Positions 41,056 through 53,100 of a stretch of 64,000 nt of DNA are shown one piece after another. The notes beneath the pieces are model-generated. The model had not been told where the DNA came from and did not search any database. It worked only from the letters and a program-made list of their open reading frames with translations. Numbering within the stretch: the stretch's first letter is position 1; the number at the start of each line of letters is the position of its first letter. The translations under genes were made by a program, and so were the position numbers. This DNA is from Balanoglossus misakiensis. Taxonomy: Eukaryota > Animalia > Hemichordata. Location: NCBI GenBank assembly GCA_040954595.2, contig CM082589.2, positions 7,375,186 through 7,439,185 on the forward strand. The letters run 5' to 3'.

Positions 41056-42660
41056 ATGTATATAATATGTGGGTAAATATTTAGCCCTTATATCATCATA
41101 AAATGGATACAATGTGGAAGTGGAATTCGTCCTCCATGGCATTATTGTCACAAACATAGCAAATTCTTTCAGAACGATTCTATAAAGGTCTATCAGATAT
41201 TATTCGTAAAGAAAGTGCAGATACTCTTAAGCGACATAAAGCATTACGATATTTTTCTTTAAGTGGAACATAAAATTACTTTTTCGCCCGCCCAAATGTA
41301 CACTTGAGATGACGATAGGTATACAGCTTTGGATAAATTGCCAGACCAGCATGCCATTCTTGAATAAAAACGTCTTGATTTCGCTGTTTAAATAAACTGA
41401 TTAAAGTATATATGCACCCAACCCCTTGATTAATCCAAACTTCCCCAAAGCCTAATGAAAATAATAATTGCTTGATTCCAGAAGCCCAACAATCTCGTCC
41501 CTTTTCTGCCTCAGAGTGTTGGAAATTATAACAATGGTAGGCAATACGGTAATGTGGCATTGTCAACATTTTAAACCAATATTTGATAACTCTAGTTAGC
41601 CTAAATGTGCGAATAGAAAAACGACCAAGTTCGCCCTTGACTGCAAGATTAGCTGTATTGCATTTGAGCTTTAAAATAAAACGACAGAAATCATTATGCA
41701 CTTTTTCAATCCGTTCCCCTGCATGTAACCCCCAAATCTCGCAACCATACAATGTACACCATAATAGGCAGAATCTTCCCATCAAAAACTTAAAAAGCCA
41801 CTTACATCAATACAGGCAAATTTACATAATGCTCGCTTCACATTAAAGGTACATGAGCTGCAACTGGATAAAAAATTCAAGTTTTAAATAATCTCATATA
41901 TGCTTTTAATTATGTCTATTAAATGATATTTCATGATAATATATCAAGCTCAACACTTATTTATGACAAAATGGCCAAAAATTAAAGAAAAACGAAAATT
42001 CCTGCAATTTTAAAAAAAGTGCAATATTGCAATGAAAAATGAAAATCTGATGTCTCAGTGGTGTACATTTACTTCCATGAGCTGAAGTGGATGAGATCGT
42101 GTTTTATTTATGAAGTTTCATAACCGGAAATGCAACATTTTCATTGTTTCTTGCATTTTCCCACGGTGGCGGCCATAATCGCTTGCGGCAAAGCTTTATA
42201 ATTATTTATCTGGTTAAAACTTGCATATGCACTCATATTTAGGGTTTATAATGCTTGTGTGTAGTTCACTGCCTTCATCTGCATGGACTAATGGTAGTGC
42301 AGTTTGAAACAAAAATTATGAAAATTATCCCAAAAGTTACAGCTTACATTGTACGTGCCTTTAAACAGCGCTTTCGTACCTTGTAGCGCCAGTTACCTCT
42401 GAGCCCGACTCCACAGACCAGAACTAGAAAATAAAATTCCAAGATAGCTGTATGCGGGAACAAACTCTACTCTCTGCCCGTTCAGAAAACATTTCTCTGT
42501 TGATTTAAGTATACCCGCTTTCCTGAAAACAATTTTGGATTTGGAAATATTGACTTTGAGCTTCCATTTGCTAGCATATGAAGATAAATTATTCAATAAT
42601 CTCTGTAGGCCAATTTGGGTTGTGCCAAATAGAGACAAATCATCAGCGAAAGGGAGAAAA
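41056..42660 (-). mobile_element. Degraded LINE (CR1/L2-group) reverse transcriptase and thumb region, interrupted by a TTAA element
   Basis: (F)ADDLSLF...GLQRLLNNLSSYASKWKLKVNISKSKIV, YSYLGILFSSSG, LYGCEIWG, IEKVHNDFCRFIL, AVKGELGR, LLFSLGFGEVWINQG. Confidence 0.9.
41847..42360. mobile_element. Kolobok-like non-autonomous DNA transposon inserted in the LINE
   Basis: TTAA at 41843-41846 and 42361-42364; termini AGG...CCT with an imperfect subterminal AGCTG(C/T)AACT. Removing it rejoins the LINE frame (KALFNVKRALCKF). Confidence 0.8.
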
Positions 42661-42703
42661 AAAGAGTTTAATGGTGGCAGTGAGAAGCTTTGGTTGGGAT
42701 GAC

Positions 42704-43270
42704 AACTGACACGATTAAATTATTCTTGAAGAGCGCACTTCGTCTGAAAACACCACCATGCCAGTCACACCCCATTCACTACCCAGCCATTTTGACAACT
42801 CTGAAGTTAAATTTGAAATTTCTGGAATTATGGCAGCTGGAATTCGGGGTCGGTGTAATAACAAGTAATAACACCTCAGTGATCTTTCCCCCCGGAATAG
42901 GCGAAAACGGTCGATTAGCATCTACATACTCAGGCTGAAAATATTGTTCGATTCATGTGTAAGGCCACACAAGGTGAATTTATTATGTAAATTGTGCGCC
43001 ACAGTATTGTAAAAACAAAATACATTTATTGATTAGTTGACAAATACATTGAGGTTTATAGCGTTTGAATAAATCTGTCTGTCTGTCTGTATGTACGTAC
43101 GTACGTATAGATGGTTGGATATATGCCCATATGTTACCCAGAAAAGTTTCTCTCGCTGACATTCCTTGTATCAAATAATACTTCTATCCAATTCGCCGAT
43201 AGGTGGCGCTATATATTGCTGACAGTACCTGCAGCGCATGCCTGCAGCGGCGCAGCGTCGGAAATCCCTG
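42704..43270. mobile_element. Copy of the microsatellite-carrying repeat at 25455-26170
   Basis: Shared blocks TGACACGATTAAATTATTC, ATACATTTATTGATTAGTTGACAAATACATTGAGGTTTATAGCG, AGAAAAGTTTCTCTCGCTGACA and CCAATTCGCCGATAGGTGGCGCTATA. Confidence 0.8.
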
Positions 43271-43818
43271 AGGTGTTGGAGCAAGGCCCAACCTTGCACT
43301 GTCGAAAGCGGGCGTGTTGTGTAAAGTTAAACAAGGATACACACCGCGCCCGACTTTGAAAGTGCCTGGTAGCTGTGGCCTTGCACAAAGCACGTATGTG
43401 TAGTTCAAAAAGTCCACACATTAAAAAAAACAACCTACATCCAAATGCAATATGTACTCTATTCATAGTTAACCCTTTCACACCAATGGTTAACTTTAAA
43501 CCTGATTTCACCACCCTCTTTACAAACATCCCAAGAAATGTTGGACCAAATTTATTCATTGTAAATCCTTATATTCGCTGCTGAGAAATTTGGTTGAGGT
43601 TAAGCTATGTCACCTGACTGTTTATAAGTGGTACGGGTTACCAGAAGTATTTGATGTGACTTTCATTGTAAAAAAATAAAAAAAGATGAAAAAGAAGCGA
43701 AAAATAAAATCAAAGAGAAAGAATTAGATCAATTGTAATAAAGACAGGTACACGATAAATACACAGTTCCCGGTTGCTTAAAAATAAGGCCGTCTTATGA
43801 TGCACGAGTCACTTATAT

Positions 43819-45054
43819 TTAGCTACCTAGCATTTCTGAATATTTTACTTTCTGTGCCTCGTATATTCTTTTGGCATCTTCGTATAATTTTAAGTCCCAC
43901 ACGTTTCTACGACGCAATTCGCTCAATTCAAAGTCTGACAATGTCTCGCTGTGTGGGTTTGCGTTAGCGTGGGTTTCTTTCTTTGCCAATGGGATGCCGA
44001 AAAGATGCGACACCATGTCCTGAGAAGTTTTGAAATCTTCCGTCAGACCAACAAACGCCATCTTTTCTAAGTTCCTCTTGGCGACTAGATAATGTTTCTC
44101 TTCGATCAAGGGAATTTTGAAAACTTCGTCGGATTGCACGGATCCACAGCAGTCTTCGAAAGTGTCGTCCACGGCGGGGTAATCCCCAAACTGCAGCAGA
44201 CGCACGTAAAAATTGTCCATGTCCTGCAAAGGCAGGTCTTTGGTTTGCTTCAGGTAATCGGCCAAGGATCTCGTATTCATCAGATATTTCCTACAGAGGC
44301 CGTGGATGTGGAAACACTTTTTCTTCTTCAGAAAGTGGTAGGTGGACACCATTCTTTTGATTGGCTCGCGGAACCACGTGACGTAGACGAACGGACGGGA
44401 CGGACTGACGTAATCGTGGATGCCATAACTTCGCTTAGAGAAATACAACACCTGCTGCGTAGATTTTGTTTTCGCAGATTTAGCTTCGTTGTACAGATTC
44501 CCGCAATGCCACACCGGAGTTTTTCTTATAGATTTGCCCTTGACTTTCACCTTTGACAGAATGGCCTCCACTGAAGTCCCGCCAACTTTCGGCAGATGGA
44601 CAAAACCGATATTCGCCTCTCTGTACTGCTTGTATTCGGCCGAATCACTGGCGTTCCCGTATATGTAGAAATTTCTCAGCGGCTCGTGACCGACGTCGGA
44701 GCTCTTGAAACAATGACGCATCACTTTGTGGAGACGGTGGCACAAATCTCGCTTCTCTTTTCCATTTACTTCGCGATCTATCGCTTTGCAATCAACTGTT
44801 TCCTCGATTTCCGCGCTCTTATGCACAACTTCAACCTGCGTTGCTTTGGATGCAACGTCGTTCCCTCCGCCTTGTGCGTCAGGCGCGCGCGAATTTGCAT
44901 CGTCCTGTCGAAGCTCTAATGTGTCGCCGTGTGTGACGTCATCTCCCATCGCTCGTCTGCTTGCGTCTCTTTGGGGTCCCTGAAGCCAGATGACCAGGGT
45001 GGCGGAAAACGCGCACACCACCAGGAACAAAAATACCCGTAATATTTTCTTCAT
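43819..45054 (-). CDS. Golgi type II membrane sulfotransferase, Sulfotransfer_2 / heparan-sulfate 6-O-sulfotransferase-like (411 aa, single coding exon)
   Basis: N-terminal TM segment (MKKILRVFLFLVVCAFSATLVIW), stem region, 5'-PSB FVHLPKVGGTS, 3'-PB VTWFREPIKRMVSTY, AKRNLEKMAFVGLTE and RRNVWDLKLYEDAK. A splice acceptor lies just upstream at about 45083. Confidence 0.9.
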   Translation of the reverse strand: MKKILRVFLFLVVCAFSATLVIWLQGPQRDASRRAMGDDVTHGDTLELRQDDANSRAPDAQGGGNDVASKATQVEVVHKSAEIEETVDCKAIDREVNGKEKRDLCHRLHKVMRHCFKSSDVGHEPLRNFYIYGNASDSAEYKQYREANIGFVHLPKVGGTSVEAILSKVKVKGKSIRKTPVWHCGNLYNEAKSAKTKSTQQVLYFSKRSYGIHDYVSPSRPFVYVTWFREPIKRMVSTYHFLKKKKCFHIHGLCRKYLMNTRSLADYLKQTKDLPLQDMDNFYVRLLQFGDYPAVDDTFEDCCGSVQSDEVFKIPLIEEKHYLVAKRNLEKMAFVGLTEDFKTSQDMVSHLFGIPLAKKETHANANPHSETLSDFELSELRRRNVWDLKLYEDAKRIYEAQKVKYSEMLGS

Positions 45055-46318
45055 GTTTCAGTGAATGAATCGGTGGAATCGCCTGCGGAGTAATAGAAAA
45101 CGCCACTAAGTTAGAAAGAGATTTTATGGGGGTAGGCCTAGGGCCTACTCTCCTTTGTCGTTTTGTGGGATCAGTCAGAGAAAAGTGATCAAGAATATGT
45201 GACCGTGACGTTGACGTAACGATTCCGCGACTTTGGTACTATAGATATTATCGGGTAATATCGTCTAACTTTAAAGTTATAGTCTAATATTAGAGTTGCC
45301 CGACATGCCATGTTATCGGATAATATCAGATACAATCGGTAATATCGTCAAGCTACTCCGTTAGAGTCTAATTTTAGTTATCGGATAAAACCCGTAACGA
45401 GATGTCTAACAAAACCAAATATCAAAATGTTTAAACTTTGAAAACTTCTCCGCTAATGAATCTAATGCGTCGCACCTTCGAGGTTGACATAAGGTTGATG
45501 ACGTCATATACCAGTGATGAGTACAATGATACCTGATCGATCAATTTACACGTACTTGTTTCCTATGCGAACTGGTCCATAACTACCCACAGAAGATTTT
45601 GTAACAATAAATCATGCCTTGGTAGACATAGCCACCGCATTCAAATTTCAATATTTATACGTACATACGTACGTCGTCCATGATACAATTTCGAACTGAC
45701 CAGTCGACTATAGGCCTAGACACTGACTGAGTATATTCGCCTGTTTCAGAGGCTGGAGATCGCGTAGTGTCCAACCTTATTCTGTCCAAACGGCAAGAAC
45801 TAATTCAAACATCTCACTAAAAGTTTCGACACCAGTGTTATGCCAGTGTTTACTCTCTGCAAACACAGGGGATTAGCCCACAGAATCTCCGTGCGTCCAC
45901 ACACTAAACTTTTGGCCACTGTTTTGAAATAAACACCGTCTAAATGGCCATGTTTAGCAACACGGCAACTAACAAAATTGAGGACGTTGAGGACATTACA
46001 GCAACATGTTTCAGTTTATATACCTGCATATGCGTTCTAGACGACTTTGTGACAGTTTTGATAATGTTTAGAAGTAAATGAATGTTAATCCATAAATGGA
46101 AAATGCCTCAGCTTTTCGGTGATCAAGAGAACCTTCTGAAAGTTGGTAGCAGACTGAAGTGTTGCAGACCTGGCAAACTGCAAATGGTTTGAAAACCACT
46201 CGCGTCCAGTGTGATTGACTTCACAATGGAAACTGACCAAAGACAATGGGCTATACCTAACAAACATACCCAAAAGTCACTGCAGGGTGACGCTTTTGAA
46301 CGGTGTTTGTTTATCTTT

Positions 46319-46498
46319 GCGTTCTCACTGACTATTTGCGTCGGAGCGCTGGCCCAGCACTGGCCCTGACCCGCCACCCATCGCCGTCGCAAATCAACAC
46401 CGGCGTAACACCGGCGTAAAGCGTTCTCACTGGTTTTTTTCCGTCGGTGTCAAATCTACACCGTTGTAGCACCGGTGTAAACGTGCCAGTGAGAACGC
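46319..46498. mobile_element. Small TIR element (Harbinger-like MITE)
   Basis: GCGTTCTCACTG ... CAGTGAGAACGC, with an internal repeat of the terminus and repeated CACCGGCGTAA motifs. Confidence 0.6.
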
Positions 46499-47658
46499 CA
46501 CACAAGACATAGTTTATCTTTGAGGGGCCCTTATGAAATTAGCGACCAGCTGGACGACTATTAATGTAATGACGAGTCACTGACGACTTAACATAAATAT
46601 CACATTATGGTATAAATAATCAGCGCAAGGTTAAATGATTGTAGTTGATGTCTGTTTTCTCTTCGAATAAAGTTGAAATCGGGTAAAGTTACAGCCATAT
46701 ACATTCTCCGCCACGCCTTTTGAGAATGCCCTCTTTGGTTGTAACCGGCAGATCAAATAGGACAGTCAATGATTATTGTTTCGTAAGGATCGAACGAACC
46801 GGTCAGTCATAAACAGAAAACTGCATTGCAGTTCAGAATTATCCTCTTAAGAAACATTGGTAGGGCTGGTTTGATTGTCAATTTATTCCACAACGGAAAA
46901 GATCTTAATTCCTCGCTCTTGTACGAATGGTATGAGGGATTTGTTCACAAAAGATTACGGCTTTCCGAACCGCATGTTCCGTCGTACCGTCGTCGTCACA
47001 ATACATGGTGATCAATCTATTACATAACTGAGGCGAAAGTGAGATTTGCATAACAAAAACACATCGTTTCTATCATTGTTAACCTCCGTGGCTGGTACTA
47101 TCAATCTAAAAATCACCAAAAATGTCCCTTTCGTTGCCAATAAAGACATCGGAAATGTGAAACTACATAGCATCAAGAAATATACCATAAACACACACAA
47201 ATCGATCGACGGCAATATCGATAAATTCTTACCTGAATGAACGGTAAATTATAACACGCACCCAAAGTGTTGCGCTCGACAGCAGAGACGCCGGTCGTCA
47301 GGAAATCTGTCGCCGTCAATGTGTGAATTTGGTCGGATAAAGTGATTGTAGGTAACTTCTGATCGTCTACAGCGGGAATACCATTGAAGATTCTAGTGAA
47401 AATGAACCGGCATTCAAGATTCCATGTTGTTATTGACAGAAGCACTTCACCAAGCCGCTAGCCTGGGCGACGCTCAATAACAATATTATGCAAAATATAT
47501 GCGTGCGCATTAGGTGTTTTGAGTGAGTCCGCTTTCTCCTTGAGTGTCTAGTAATCTGTCTCCGTCTCACTCTGTCTGTCTGTCTTTCTCTGTCTGTCTG
47601 TTTTTCTGTCTCTCTTTCTCTGTCTCTTATTAAAGTTTACAGCTGTCGGTACTGTTAA

Positions 47659-47819
47659 GGGACTGATCAGTTTCTTCGGCCTGGGAGGGGTGGATTCATG
47701 GGGAGTGAGGGTCACCCACTTTTCCATGTTCAATGGCTGGGGGAGGGGGTCAGTCAGCCACTTTTTGATATCCACAAAATAGAATACACCGCCCCCGGCC
47801 GAAGACACTGACCAGCCCC
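47659..47819. mobile_element. Harbinger-like MITE with TAA target-site duplication
   Basis: taa|GGGACTGATCAGTTTCTTCGGCC ... GGCCGAAGACACTGACCAGCCCC|taa; a related degraded copy lies at about 29150-29313. Confidence 0.75.
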
Positions 47820-47982
47820 TAAATAATATAACCTCCCCAAATCAACAGGTGGTCATAGTGGAAATATAGAAGACATAATCACGCAACCAATACTCTACAT
47901 ACTGGGCTAACTTTTTTTTGCAAGCAATTGCTTAGTTGGGATCAGAAACAATATTTGGTTCGTAATTTCCGAGGACAGTGAA

Positions 47983-48084
47983 AATTCATCAGGTATATTC
48001 AAACTCATTGTGTGTAATGAATTATTCAGTCAATTCATCAGGTATATTCAAACTCATTGTGTGTAATGAATTATTCAGTCAATT
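47983..48084. repeat. 49-bp tandem duplication
   Basis: AATTCATCAGGTATATTCAAACTCATTGTGTGTAATGAATTATTCAGTC occurs twice in tandem. Confidence 0.95.
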
Positions 48085-48466
48085 TATATTATACAATCAT
48101 GCATATTTACAAATACAATTAAACATACTTAAGCACACACGGAATTCCATACATAAATATTGACAGACAAACATATACATAACATAGAGAGATACAAACA
48201 CACCCACAAATTCATTCTATCTAGTTCATTCTTAAATGAGAAATCAATATCAGAAATAACTACCGGTATAAAAGTTGGATATATTTGAGACACTTTTATT
48301 GTTATATTATACACATTTACACATTTTATTGGAAAACACAAATCTTCAATTCTTGGAAAAATTTACACAAGCATTTTACAAAATCTCAAATGTGTTCTCC
48401 TTGTTACGTAGTATTGCTAATTTTTTTCACAATCGACAATCTTCTAAGAAATTATTTTAGTGTTTT

Positions 48467-48560
48467 TTAACCCTTTCACCAGCATGGTTTGGTCCAAATC
48501 TATTGTTTATTATGGTAAAGGTGCACCTCAATAGAGGGAAATGGGGGTGAGCAGGTTGAA
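48467..48560. mobile_element. ~90-bp TTAA-CCCT (piggyBac-like) miniature repeat
   Basis: TTAACCCTTTCACCA.CATGG..TGGTCCAAA...GGGGGTGA; related copies at about 62394-62477, 61919-61975 and 43469-43495. Confidence 0.6.
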
Positions 48561-49608
48561 GTATGACTGACACTTTCCAGATGGCCTGCGAGTCTGTCAC
48601 AACTGCAAGTGTTCAACTGAACTTTTCACAACAAAACATGAATATATCTGAAACCTAGGAAAATGAAGGAAACTGGAAAGGTCGAACGATTTCTTGATGT
48701 TCAATACATTTCAATATACCATGATTCAGTTCCTGAACATATACAGCAAGAATTGTGACGAAATCACATCAGTGAAAGAGCTAAGAAAAGCCATATATTA
48801 TGAACGTTGATCATACCTAGATATTCAATCATATTATTTACATTTCAGTATACATGAACACTTAAACTCTGCTTGCAAATAAAATAGTTTTCATCTATGT
48901 ACTCTCTTTGTATAGGTTTGCTGCAAAAAGTACCAGCACATAAAACCAGGAATAGGTACAGACCATGATTGATATTATGAAGTTCCACTGTCTGTCAGGT
49001 TTTGCTGTTAGTCCTTGACTATTTTACTTAGTATTTATTTTATACATTTTAGTTCTCATTAATACGGCATGTAAATAATGGAAACATCTGCAAAGAATGA
49101 ATAATGTATTATGCAAATATATCATTATTCATATTCATAAATATTTACACAGGAAATCTGAATACATATGTTAATATTTTGTGACACTTTTTTCTGCAAA
49201 AGCACATTATCTGACTCACGGGTGACAATCTAAGTGTGGTTATGCAATACGACACTCAGCCAAGAAATTATCTTTTACTTACAAATTCTCAAATACACAT
49301 GAATACGTAACAATCAGATGCTGACTGAACACCACTTGTAAATTTTGGCATTCAACAGCACTTGGCAAGAAAGAAAAATTTCAAATATTTCATCTTTTGA
49401 TTTCTTAGTTGTTTATGTCTGGTTTTTGAAAAACGAACTTTGTATACAGTTTAAGAATATAGCAATATTCTTGCAAATTATTAAAACTGGAACATTTGGC
49501 CCCAAAACGTACTTCTAGATAAGCATATTTTGGGAGCAGAATGTGCCAGTTTTGATAAAATGTACCTTCCCTCAAACATTTCACATCACATTACATGCAT
49601 GTTTTCAG

Positions 49609-49919
49609 CACATAGTATATAGGAGTGTCCCCACAGAAGTATATACAGTCCTGTATCGCTGCTTTGCCATAGCAATGTGACATCTTTTTTTTATACAAAG
49701 ATCTAAGCCACCACATAGTATATAGGAGTGTCCCCACAGAAGTATATACAGTCCTGTATCGCTGCTTTGCCATAGCAATGTGACATCTTTTCTTTATACA
49801 AAGATCTAAGCCACCACATAGTATATAGGAGTGTCCCCACAGAAGTATATACAGTCCTGTATCGCTGCTTTGCCATAGCAATGTGACATCTTTTCTTTAT
49901 ACAAAGATCTGAGCCACAT
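49609..49919. repeat. Minisatellite, 3 x 103 bp, about 200 bp downstream of the SLC2A stop codon
   Basis: CACATAGTATATAGGAGTGTCCCCACAGAAG... starts at 49609, 49712 and 49815. Confidence 0.95.
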
Positions 49920-50125
49920 TCACTGTAGCGTGGTTTTCACTGGCATTGTTACAGTGATTACCTCGCGAGTGAAACGCATTCAGTCTTTGTGAATGGCCAT
50001 GCATGCTTTTCTGTACAGCCTGGAATGTGCGGTTTTCTACCCCTGTTACCATGACTACACTTGTCAGCCTCACTAATGATTGCACTGCCTCAGAGCAGAT
50101 CGGATAAGTGTTCATGTCCACCGAG

Positions 50126-53100
50126 TCAAAACGTTGAATCGGGAATGAAATCAAACGGCGTCACATGACTGACTCGGTCAATGCCGGGTCCTCTCCTAAT
50201 GTCTGTGTATCTTCCGTATGAGACCGGCAGGGACAGATTCTTTTTGCAACAGCACGGCAGCAGTTGACCTCGTTTCCTCATTTTCTTCCATAAACTGTAA
50301 TTAGTGGGAAAAAAATGAAATTTTTGTATGTCTATAAGTAAGTATTAAATCAATTTACAAGCCCACTTTGACCCAAGTGCACCAATTCAAGTTAAAGAGA
50401 GGGATTAATAGTAGCATAACCCTTGAACCCTGACCCCTGATGACCTATGATGTCATGCAGATTAACACTACAAAAACAGGTCTGACTTGGTTACACCAGT
50501 ATAATATATCAAGGTATTTATCTGGTAAAAATAAAATAGTACTATTACCCAGTCAGCAGGTTAAGGTTTGTTTGAAACTGGAATAGGTGCAGAGTTTAAT
50601 TAAAATTATCACTTTTGAGGTGTTTAACATGATGGGCTATGTGTTGTTTGTCCTGCGTCACATCAAGATATCGATCTTGCAAGATCTTGTGGCATTCAGA
50701 AAAGACCCTTTTCTTTTATTGGGTTGCATTCGATTTTCAAAAGTAGCAATGCTGTCTTTTGTCAACAGCCATTTGGACTTTCATTTCGCAGAACAGTTAT
50801 TAGTTATTATGAGTGATGACCCTTGACCTCTAGACCACGTGCATTGGACTTCTTAACTTCCATGCATGGTGTACATCATGTTAATGTTCCAAGGAAACAT
50901 CTTCAGTTACAGGCAGATGTTAATATTTTCCTGAAAGCATTGCAGTTCCAGCACCATTAATAGCAGGCAAACAAACCAGATTATATTTATTTACAAAAAG
51001 AATGCATTTTTTGGAATTCTAATCCCGTATTAATCCCCAAAAGAATGTGTTTTCTTTCTAGTATACACCACTGCAAACATTGTATAGACTCACTCAGTCC
51101 TGTCTGTCACATATTAGAGTAACCGTCCATTCTCTGTGTACAACATAAATTGACTCTTCTGGGGGAAATAAACAACAAAAATAAAACGGGAAAACATTTC
51201 AACACAAAACAACATACTCCCGCAGACCATTGGAATTTTCTGCAATTGATGGCACTGTCAATTGTTTATAAAAAATTTCATGACAGTGAGTTAACCCTCA
51301 ATTGCAGAAAATTTCAAGTTTCTGCTGAAGCAAATGGGGATATCAGAGAGACTAAGACATTGCAAAAAGAACTAGTGAGAAACTCTGCACTGCATTCTTA
51401 CTGTGGGTGCAAATCTTAGTCACTCCAATAATAACCAATACAATCACAGACACCCATATGTTTTAAAGCCAATAAGCTGCAACCCTCTGATATTTGCCAT
51501 CCTCAAGACGTATTCCAGTTTGTAGTTTTCTTTGAATTCTACCAACATAACTCTTGCTTGTATGATATGAGAGTCAAAATCCTGCCAAAATGAATAAATG
51601 GTAAACACCGATTATTCATTTTGGCGAGTTTTTCACTCTTGTGGCTTAAGTGGGATGGAGTTGTGTGTGGTTGAACGTTGATTCACTATATATCCACATG
51701 TAGAATAATATGAACGGTGTCTTCTATCAAACATAATTAATGGAAAAAGGGAAGCGAGAGAGAGACTCTGTCCCTTTAAGAGAGATGGTGGTAAGACTCT
51801 GACATGCTGCTGTGTGGCTTTTCAATGACTTACCTATTGTTCAATTCTGAGGATACCTGCTCCAGCGATCTGTTCTTCGTCTCAGGGACGAAGAAATAAA
51901 CAAAGACAGCAGATATAATGCAGATCATACCGTAGAGTATAAAAGTCCATGAAATTCCAATTGTATCTGAGGAAAGAAAAAATTCAAGATGGACCATTAG
52001 CTCAACAGGTGCATGGAGTCGAATCATGGATAGCCCAGTAATTAGCCGTGTTTTTTTTCAGTTTGGTCCAAAACTAACATCTGGCATTATCAACAAAGCC
52101 TGATACCCCTTGCTGGGAATAGTGATGTAACTAGCATCCCCTTGAAGTCAATAATCACAGACTTAGTTTTTTCCAGTGATTGGACAACAGATATACATAT
52201 GTGTAATTCAGGATGGGAACATTTCCCATGAATTAGCCCTTGCCATCACTATATTCTTACACCCAATCAACACTGTTCATCAGTCGATGTGAGTGACTTC
52301 AAAGGGACGCTAGTTACATCACAATTCCCAGCAATGGGTATCGGGCTATATTGGGCCAGTGGCATGGATCAAGGCTACACCTTTGTTTTGGAGCAAATCA
52401 GAAAAAAAACACGGCTACATGTAGATACTAGACTACATTATAGGGGTATATGGGGTGAAGCAGTTTAACTCTTCCATCAAACCTTTTGTTGAACTCTACT
52501 GTTTTTAGTGACAAAGCAAGGCACATATATGTAAATCTAGAAATAGGGGCGAGCGTCTTGAAATAGTACTTACTCATTATCTGTAGGAATGTAAGAGACA
52601 TGATGAGGTTTATTCCCCAGTTAAATATCGTAGCAAATGCTGTGGCTCTTCCTCGGATTCCTGATGGAAATATTTCACTCAGTAAAATCCATGTCACTGA
52701 TAAACAAAAGACAAAAAAGTGGAAACATGTGAACATAAATATCTAGAAATACCACCATGTGTTGGATGAGGTAATAAGACTGCAACGTTTCATGAATTAA
52801 AATACCCCTATTTATGTCATACATTTTCAATGTTTCCTTATGTTGGAATATTGCGATCCTATTTAAAATGGGTGAGTTATATGCATATCTCTGACAGTGT
52901 TGGTTTGATTGTGGCAAGCTCTGTTTGCCATAATAATAGTGACAAATCACCATGCATAATTCAGCAGTTGGCGCCCTCTAGAGACAAACAATTCTGTAGA
53001 GTGAATCTAGTCTGGTCCCCTGCCCCATTCCGACCGCTGGCTGCGCTACGCTAAAAGGAAAGGGGTCAGGTACGGCCCGATCTTGGCCAAAAACCTGGCC

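Noticed and set aside
47232-47440. Possible coding exon with a strong donor at about 47231 (minus strand)
   Set aside because: No recognisable protein similarity; it could be a non-coding 5' exon of the sulfotransferase, but this is unsupported without transcripts.
49609-49919. Possible CRISPR-like array
   Set aside because: The units are contiguous and identical with no unique spacers, the context is eukaryotic, and there are no cas genes.
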